From the NCBI GenBank assembly GCA_040382895.1, contig JBEIEO010000001.1, forward strand, positions 1 through 43,453: 43,453 nucleotides of DNA, given 5' to 3'. The number at the start of each line of letters is the position of its first letter. The stretch's first letter is position 1. The translations under genes and the position numbers were made by a program. This stretch comes from Halobacteriovoraceae bacterium. GTDB lineage: Bacteria; Bdellovibrionota; Bacteriovoracia; Bacteriovoracales; Bacteriovoracaceae. The notes below the pieces were generated by a model. That model was not told the DNA's origin, ran no database searches, and was given only the letters and a program-made list of their open reading frames with translations. This document shows positions 37,227 through 43,453 of the stretch, one piece after another.

Positions 37227-37584
37227 AGAGGCGTCCCCAATAATAGAGCTCTTGTAAATCCAGATTGAGCGTATCAAAAAACTTAGGGTATTTTCCCTGG
37301 AAACAATCTGGCTTTCTTTCACTTAGATAATCTTTAAGAATAAATCCCCGGTAATCGGCAACCTGTACATATGCCCATTCTGCTGAAACAGAGACTTTGC
37401 TACTCTCAAGCACTTTGACCGGATGAGCACATTGTATGGTCGTAAGACTAGGGGACGTTCCTACCGAAGTCTGATGGACGTGCCCAAACAAGGGCTTCAT
37501 ATAGAAGACTCCCACCACCTTTTCATCAGTGGAGGTCGTTTCAGCAAAACTCAATAAAGAGAAAAGCAGAAATAAATACTGCAT
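37189..37584 (-). CDS. Exported SH3b-like domain protein
   Basis: Signal; VKVL...EWAYVQV...RGFI...YL SH3b pattern. Confidence 0.7.
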   Translation of the reverse strand: MQYLFLLFSLLSFAETTSTDEKVVGVFYMKPLFGHVHQTSVGTSPSLTTIQCAHPVKVLESSKVSVSAEWAYVQVADYRGFILKDYLSERKPDCFQGKYPKFFDTLNLDLQELYYWGRLYDQYIQGESRVQ

Positions 37585-38814
37585 CTATACCTTCCAGCGG
37601 AACTGGATTGTTTCCCAATTATGGCATTGAGGGCAACGCCAGAAAATTTCATCTGAGTTATATCCACACTGCGAGCAGTAGTGACGGGTGAGAGAATTGT
37701 GCAGGTTATTCAGGAGGCTTTTAGTATGAATCAGAGCTTCGTCGGTTTTTCCTACTTCTATCAGGATTTTGATGTACTCCACTCTTAAAACATCAGAGTG
37801 ACCGTGAGTTTTCATCCAATTATCGAGAAGATCAAAGGCTTCACCGGTTTTCTTTAAATCTTTCAAAAGACGGATTTTCGAAAGAACCACTGATGGAGCA
37901 CTCATCAAGTCTATATCATTTAGAGCAAGGAAATAATCTTTCAGTTGCTGTAGACGCTGAAAATATTCTTCTTTTTGCGGAAGCTTCTGATTGAAGTCTT
38001 CAAGTGAAACAAAGATAAAGGTGGCATAGATAGGATGCTCTTTAAGCAGCTCCAGCAAGACTCCCTTAGCGTCTTCCATTTTTCCCAGGACCAGGAACAA
38101 TTTCAGGCGAAGGATTTTTGCTGAAACCGAAGGAGCGAATCGAAAAGCATCTTCCAATTCTTCGGCACAGGCCTTGAACTGACCTTGTTCAAAAAGAGCT
38201 TTCGCTTTTTGAACCAGGATGTGAGAAATGGTTTCTGATTGATTCTCCTGACCGACTTTCGAAAGCATTATCCGGTAATTGTAGGCCTGGTCCCAATCTT
38301 CAACGTCTTCGAAGATTCTACAAAGAGCATGGATCACATCCTGCTGATCCCGGTTGATTTTGAGCACGTCTTTATAAGTCTCGACGGCTTTATCAATAAA
38401 ACCACCCTTATCAAAATCCAATGCTAATTCTTTCAAAGCCTGAAGACGGGTACTTTCAGAAATATTCTCACGTGCAATCAGCGAGCGGTGAATAGAGATG
38501 GCCTTTTCAATCTCACCGTTTGAACGAAACAGACCACCGAGAGCGAAATAAGTTTCGATAGTTTCACGATTAAGATCCACAGCATTTAAAAATTCTTTGA
38601 TCGCGAGATCTTTATTACCTTCGATCAGGTATTGAGAGGCGTTTAAGAAAATCCGGGACTGAGCTTCAAAAATGGAATTTCGATATTTCTTTGAAAGCTT
38701 AACGGCTTTGTCTCTTTCAATGACGTAGTGATAAAACAAGACAAGTGTGACCACCAGTCCCACAATCATCAAAAGATGATCTTTACCCCACTCTAAAAGA
38801 AAAGCGTAATCCAT
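37585..38814 (-). CDS. lapB: LPS assembly protein B-like (TM + TPR + rubredoxin)
   Basis: N-terminal TM; ALGGLFRSNGEIEKAISIH; C-terminal CSQCG...WRCPQCHNWE. Confidence 0.9.
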   Translation of the reverse strand: MDYAFLLEWGKDHLLMIVGLVVTLVLFYHYVIERDKAVKLSKKYRNSIFEAQSRIFLNASQYLIEGNKDLAIKEFLNAVDLNRETIETYFALGGLFRSNGEIEKAISIHRSLIARENISESTRLQALKELALDFDKGGFIDKAVETYKDVLKINRDQQDVIHALCRIFEDVEDWDQAYNYRIMLSKVGQENQSETISHILVQKAKALFEQGQFKACAEELEDAFRFAPSVSAKILRLKLFLVLGKMEDAKGVLLELLKEHPIYATFIFVSLEDFNQKLPQKEEYFQRLQQLKDYFLALNDIDLMSAPSVVLSKIRLLKDLKKTGEAFDLLDNWMKTHGHSDVLRVEYIKILIEVGKTDEALIHTKSLLNNLHNSLTRHYCSQCGYNSDEIFWRCPQCHNWETIQFRWKV

Positions 38815-38821
38815 TCAGCTC

Positions 38822-39760
38822 CTATGGTGCAAACAAGTAAGCTGGCTGAGTTGGACTCGAGATTTTTTGTCTTACCAGACTTAACGTATCTTCACCCTCT
38901 TCCATCAGTTCAGCGAAAGAGAATTTTTTACGAGATGGCTTCATGTATCTCAGAGCGAATTTACCTTTAAGCTTATGTTCTTTATGAATCCAGCGACCAG
39001 CTTCCCACATACCGCCGATTTCATCCACCAAACCAAATTCTTTAGCTTCAGTTCCGTGGAAGATCTGACCTTGTGCGAGCTCAGTAATATCTTTTTTCAA
39101 ACGATCTTTTCTTACGGCAGAAATATCATCCATAAACTGTTTGTGAGTGCCGGCAAGAAGATCAGTTAGGAACTGTCGTTCTTCATCCGTCATTGCACGT
39201 CCAGGATTTCCAATGTCTTTATAACGACCAGCTTTAATGGTTTCAGGTTTGTACTTCGCCCACTTAAATAGTTCAGAGAGATCAGCCATCTGCATGATCA
39301 CACCAATCGAGCCTGTAAGTGTTCCGGCATTTGCCCAGATTTTTCTGGTAGCAGCACCGATGTAATAGCCACCTGAAGCAGCAACAGTACCGAAGCTTGA
39401 ATAGATAGGTTTTTTCTTATCGATTCGGCGAATCTCTTCGTAGATTTCTTGAGTTGGTGCAACAGCTCCGCCGGGAGAATCAATGCGAAGAAGAATAGCT
39501 TTGATGTCTTTTTCCTCTTCAGCGGCCAAGAACAATTCAACGAACTTTTTAGACTCGCGAATTTCCCCTTCCAGGGTGATAACAGCGATCGGAGCATTCT
39601 TCTGGTCATCCAGAAGATTCGCACCCATCGAGTCTGTATCCTTAAGCTTCGAGACTGTGAAAAAGGCAAAAAGAATGAAAATAAAAAACAGGACGGTTAC
39701 CAGAATAAATATTCCAACTATCCCTTTCGATCGTTCGCGGCTCACGGGAACTCCTTCCAT
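38822..39760 (-). CDS. sppA: Signal peptide peptidase SppA (36K type, S49)
   Basis: RIDSPGG, AASGGYY, TGSIGV and GLVDEIG. Confidence 0.95.
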   Translation of the reverse strand: MEGVPVSRERSKGIVGIFILVTVLFFIFILFAFFTVSKLKDTDSMGANLLDDQKNAPIAVITLEGEIRESKKFVELFLAAEEEKDIKAILLRIDSPGGAVAPTQEIYEEIRRIDKKKPIYSSFGTVAASGGYYIGAATRKIWANAGTLTGSIGVIMQMADLSELFKWAKYKPETIKAGRYKDIGNPGRAMTDEERQFLTDLLAGTHKQFMDDISAVRKDRLKKDITELAQGQIFHGTEAKEFGLVDEIGGMWEAGRWIHKEHKLKGKFALRYMKPSRKKFSFAELMEEGEDTLSLVRQKISSPTQPAYLFAP

Positions 39761-39802
39761 AAGTTCATGAGCTTAAAGTATAAACGGCTTTAGAGAAATT
39801 AA

Positions 39803-41148
39803 CTAGTTAGAAATAATGCCGCGACTTGAGCATTCAGACTCTAAACGTTTGATTTCCGTCATGAGTGTCTTTGGGATTCCAATCCGGCCACGTTTGCGTA
39901 GATTTAGGTATTCATTCATATACTGGCCAGCAATTGTCGGGTTCTCGATAATCATAGCGAACTCATCGTTTACGTAATTGGCCGCATCTGACCAGTTCTG
40001 AGAACCAACCACTACCATTTTAGAATCGATTACAGCGAATTTATGGTGAAGAACATCTCCAGAAGTCAATCCAACAGTCCCGATTTCAACTGCTGGGTTT
40101 TTCCAAGGCTGATTGTCTGGCTCATAAGTACATTTCTGGCTCAACATTTTGAGACCGGCCATATCAATCAGCTCGGAATACTCTCTCCAGGCGAATTTCG
40201 CTTCCACTAAAACACCCATACGAACACCCGCCTGCCCTCTTTTTTCAAGAACGTTAGCAATTTTTTGATCAGAGAAAACAAAAAGTGCGGCTGCAACAGT
40301 TGATTTAGCCGTGGCAATTGCCTGACCGATCAAACCATTAGTCGTCTCTTCCCAGGTATAACGACGAGAAGTTGGGGAAAATTGTAGAGTAATTCTTGTA
40401 CCTGAAACATTCACAGTCTGTGGACCGCGATAGGTTTTATTATGACCGAAATTTCCACGTTTCCCATTGCCCCACATCTGAAGGAACTCTTCTTCAAAGA
40501 TGTCAGCGGCATTAGTGGAATTAATAACTGTCATGGAGTTAGCATTTCCTCTTGATGAGGAACTCAGGATATCTCCGTGAATACAACTGAGAGTAAAGTT
40601 GGCGGTACTTACAATAGTCGTTTTGCCATCAATCACCACAAATTTGTGGTGCATTAAACCTGCACCAGCAGAATTGTCAGAAGTATCATCAATTAGCGGA
40701 ACGCCACCTACTTTCAGAATGTGAACAGCATCTCGCGCATCCATTTCTTCTTTGGAATATTTCCCATCGCGATTGGCATCAACCAAGGCTCTTAACTCAT
40801 TTAGTTTAGTGGCTTCATGCTCACCTTCTGTACGGTCACGACCAGTGAGAACGTTGAAATTATAATCGTGTTCAAGAACAACCCGAACATCAACGCCAGC
40901 TTTTCTTCTTTCAACAAGAGCGTGGGCCACAAGTGGTAAGCGCAACTCTTGAACTGCCACAAAAACTGTCTTGCGGGCCTTTGAAATTCCATCAATGAGA
41001 ACCGCTTCAAGGTTATCCCCTGAGCGCGACATCTTTCTGTAAGGATCAATATATGAGCTGCTGGAATTTTGATTAAAATATGCTTTTACACTTCCCCAAG
41101 CTGAGGTGGTAATGAGTAGGCTAAGTAGGGTCAAGGACATGAATTTCA
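39803..41148 (-). CDS. Secreted phospholipase D-superfamily protein (two HKD motifs; nuclease or lipase)
   Basis: AAGGAAGG before ATG 41148; signal; HHKFVVID...STAN and HHKFAVID...GSQN. Confidence 0.9.
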
Positions 41149-41360
41149 TGGAGCCTTCCTTATTAGTTGAGCTAATAGTTGACTTAAACAATCCTAATAA
41201 TCCTCTTCTTTGTCATCCTAAATTTCCTTACACTGCGATATATCAATAAATTTTACTCATACCAACCTGTTGAAAAGACATGGGGTCTTTAGATTTTTCC
41301 ATTCGCACCGAAAAGACTTCTAGGGGACAGCTGATTACTCTGTCCTGCGAGGAAGATTTT

Positions 41361-41606
41361 ATGAAAAACCTAGTACTACTTGGATTTTTAACTTTGGTGA
41401 GCCTGAGTTATGCCAAAGACCCTGTTGAGCACGAATCTCTACACGAAGCCGAGGGCTATAAAGTAGAGAAAGCAGTGAAAGAAAAAGCTGCTGGTCGTAC
41501 ATTTGCAGGAGATAAAGCGAAGAAGGATGCTCCAGAAGAAGCTCCGAAGGATGAGATTCCTACGAGCGAAGATTCTGAAGTACGCTACTGGCGATACTCG
41601 GAATAA
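41361..41606 (+). CDS. Small secreted hypothetical protein
   Basis: GAGG RBS before ATG 41361; signal MKNLVLLGFLTLVSLSYA; charged body; aromatic C-terminal VRYWRY. Confidence 0.7.
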   Translation: MKNLVLLGFLTLVSLSYAKDPVEHESLHEAEGYKVEKAVKEKAAGRTFAGDKAKKDAPEEAPKDEIPTSEDSEVRYWRYSE

Positions 41607-42672
41607 CCACTGGCTTATTCTCATTCCAAACGTTGACCTTATCGTATTCACTCTTTAATTGTCCGCACGCCGCAAGGATGTCACTTCCTTTGGTAGTGCG
41701 GATGGTGCAAGTAAATCCACGCTTAATCATCTGATCTAAAAACCACATGATCTTCTGCTCAGAAGGACGTTTGTACTGAGATCCCGGATATTCATTGAAT
41801 GGAATCAAGTTAATCTTCGATTCCTTAGAGTTGAGAAGTTTACCAAGAGCTTCCGCATCCTCGATGCCGTCGTTCATGCCATCGATCAAAAGATATTCGT
41901 ACGTGATGCGACGATGAGCTTTAAGAGGGATCTTTTTAATCGCTCCAAACAGTCGCTCTAGATCATAGACTTTATTAATAGGCATAAGTTCGGTGCGCAC
42001 GTCGTTGCGTGCAGCGTGGAGAGAAATTGCGATGTTTACTGGTGGAAAATCCACGGCAAGTTTTTCGATCGCAGGCACCATTCCCGACGTAGAAAGAGTG
42101 ATACGACGCTGACCCAGTCCCATCCCCTTCTCACTCATGAAGATCTGAGTCGCCCTCTTCATGTTCTCGTAGTTGTGAAGCGGTTCACCCTGACCCATAT
42201 AAACGATGTTAGTCAGCTGATCACCACCATTGTCGTTTAAAAAATTTTGAACCGTGAGATACTGCAAAACAACTTCTGAGGTTTTAAGATGACGTTTTAG
42301 ACCTTGAGTGGCCGTGTGGCAGAAAGTACATCCAACAGCACAACCGACCTGAGAAGAAACACAAAGAGTAAGACGTTCACGAGCAGGAATGGCCACAGTC
42401 TCAACTGTCTGACCATCAGCGAGTTTCACTAGAAATTTACGGGTGCCGTCTTTTGAAAGACCATTCCACACAATTTTCAACATGCTGAAGTCGTAGTTTT
42501 CAGCGAAGAATTCTTTGGCAGCTTTAGAAACGTTGGACCACTGAGTAGGATCCATCACACCTTTTTTGTAAACCCAATCAAACATCTGAGTCGCCCCAAA
42601 TGGCGTAAAGCCCTTCTCTAAAAGTAAGGCCTTCAGATCGTCGTGAGTCAGGTCAAAAAAAGATGGTTTCAT
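41560..42672 (-). CDS. rlmN: Dual-specificity RNA methyltransferase RlmN
   Basis: CVSSQVGCAVGCTFC radical-SAM motif, MGQGEP, ISLH and AACGQL. Confidence 0.97.
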   Translation of the reverse strand: MKPSFFDLTHDDLKALLLEKGFTPFGATQMFDWVYKKGVMDPTQWSNVSKAAKEFFAENYDFSMLKIVWNGLSKDGTRKFLVKLADGQTVETVAIPARERLTLCVSSQVGCAVGCTFCHTATQGLKRHLKTSEVVLQYLTVQNFLNDNGGDQLTNIVYMGQGEPLHNYENMKRATQIFMSEKGMGLGQRRITLSTSGMVPAIEKLAVDFPPVNIAISLHAARNDVRTELMPINKVYDLERLFGAIKKIPLKAHRRITYEYLLIDGMNDGIEDAEALGKLLNSKESKINLIPFNEYPGSQYKRPSEQKIMWFLDQMIKRGFTCTIRTTKGSDILAACGQLKSEYDKVNVWNENKPVVIPSIASSVLQNLRS

Positions 42673-42769
42673 GATGACCTATAGGTAGTGGAACACACTG
42701 GGATTTGCAAGGGGGAAGGACTGGAGTGGCGAACTTTACAGAGTTGTGATTTCGAGAGTTTAAATGAAC

Positions 42770-42792
42770 AAGGGGCCCATTTGGGGCCCCTT
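42770..42792 (-). terminator. Rho-independent terminator
   Basis: AAGGGGCCC-ATTTG-GGGCCCCTT hairpin just after the stop at 42806. Confidence 0.75.
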
Positions 42793-42805
42793 GGGAAGGA
42801 AAATC

Positions 42806-43453
42806 TTAGTAGTCTTTTACTCGAGTAGAGATCTTAGCGAACTTAGCAATCTCTTTTAGGTAAGCTTCTTTGTTTTTCTTCTCAGAGCGAAGGAATCCAC
42901 CGCCACGGAAGTTTCTGTCTTTGATTCGGACAGCAAGGATCTTACCAAGGTTATCGTAAACCGCCTGAGCTTCATCGTTGATTCGACCAGCACGTTTTGA
43001 TTCGTTATAGACACTCTGAACAGTAGGTAGGATGGTAGCAAAAACTTCTCTCCTCCAACAACGGTTCAATTCGATGTCGTCTAGAACCATCTGCTCGATC
43101 ATACCTTGAAGTTTTGCGATACGATCAGCTTTACCTTCGCGACCAGTATTCGAAGTACGATTGACGGCAAGAGCATCAAGGTACTGAACCACCGCTGTCG
43201 AGCGATCAATATTGATGTTGTAGCTAACTGCCTGGCGGTGAGCAACCTTGCCAGCAAGTCTTGCACTTACGTTACCCGATACTGAGCCTGTAATGATCAG
43301 AGCGAGAGGATCGATATCCTCTACATTCAGAACTACCTGGCGAGTTGCGCCTGGAGCGATCGGTTCAACACTTCGAGTAACCTGACCCATATTTCCAAGT
43401 GAAACTTCCAAATCAGAGATCGGAGAAGAAACACCTTGAGCTGGGTTGATCAC
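42806..43453 (-). CDS. Hypothetical protein, C-terminal part (5' end outside the window)
   Basis: Open frame runs to the window edge and ends before a terminator; no family recognised. Confidence 0.7.
   Translation of the reverse strand: MINPAQGVSSPISDLEVSLGNMGQVTRSVEPIAPGATRQVVLNVEDIDPLALIITGSVSGNVSARLAGKVAHRQAVSYNINIDRSTAVVQYLDALAVNRTSNTGREGKADRIAKLQGMIEQMVLDDIELNRCWRREVFATILPTVQSVYNESKRAGRINDEAQAVYDNLGKILAVRIKDRNFRGGGFLRSEKKNKEAYLKEIAKFAKISTRVKDY

Noticed and set aside
36330-37322. ORF-track start at 37322
   Set aside because: It would overlap the upstream SH3-like gene by over 130 bp and bury the signal peptide; a later start is more plausible.
1-43453. CRISPR arrays, tRNA/rRNA, IS elements, prophage genes
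   Set aside because: No regularly spaced repeats, cloverleaf or rRNA signatures, transposase or phage motifs were seen by eye.

Overview
Mostly minus-strand core chromosome of a Gram-negative bacterium. Gene content and style suggest a predatory Bdellovibrionota, probably Bacteriovoracaceae-like (inference, no search run). In order, the window holds: a truncated WYL-like regulator with a sigma-28-type promoter; rluA-like; a PomAB-like stator pair; pabB-dnaB-rplI-yybS with a fused rpsF-rpsR gene; a candidate ~170-nt structured ncRNA; two orphan secreted proteins; a frameshifted RNase G/E gene; a nucleoside salvage cluster (nupC, pdp, punA, cdd); a DEDDh exonuclease; a lone HNH nuclease with a helical N-terminus; and a long envelope/division block (His-kinase-like, M23, xseA, ctpA, envC, ftsX, ftsE, HD hydrolase, atypical bEBP, tolBARQ, two unknowns, SH3-like, lapB, sppA, PLD), then rlmN. 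No rRNA, tRNA, CRISPR array or transposase was seen. The strongest unusual signals are the S6-S18 fusion, several apparent pseudoenzymes (M48-like and CPBP-like proteins between lapB and tolQ, a His kinase without ATP-binding boxes, a GAFTGA-less bEBP, a dead GIY-YIG-like domain), the candidate ncRNA, and the HNH gene with an internal 16-bp palindrome. All family calls come from motifs recognised by eye.
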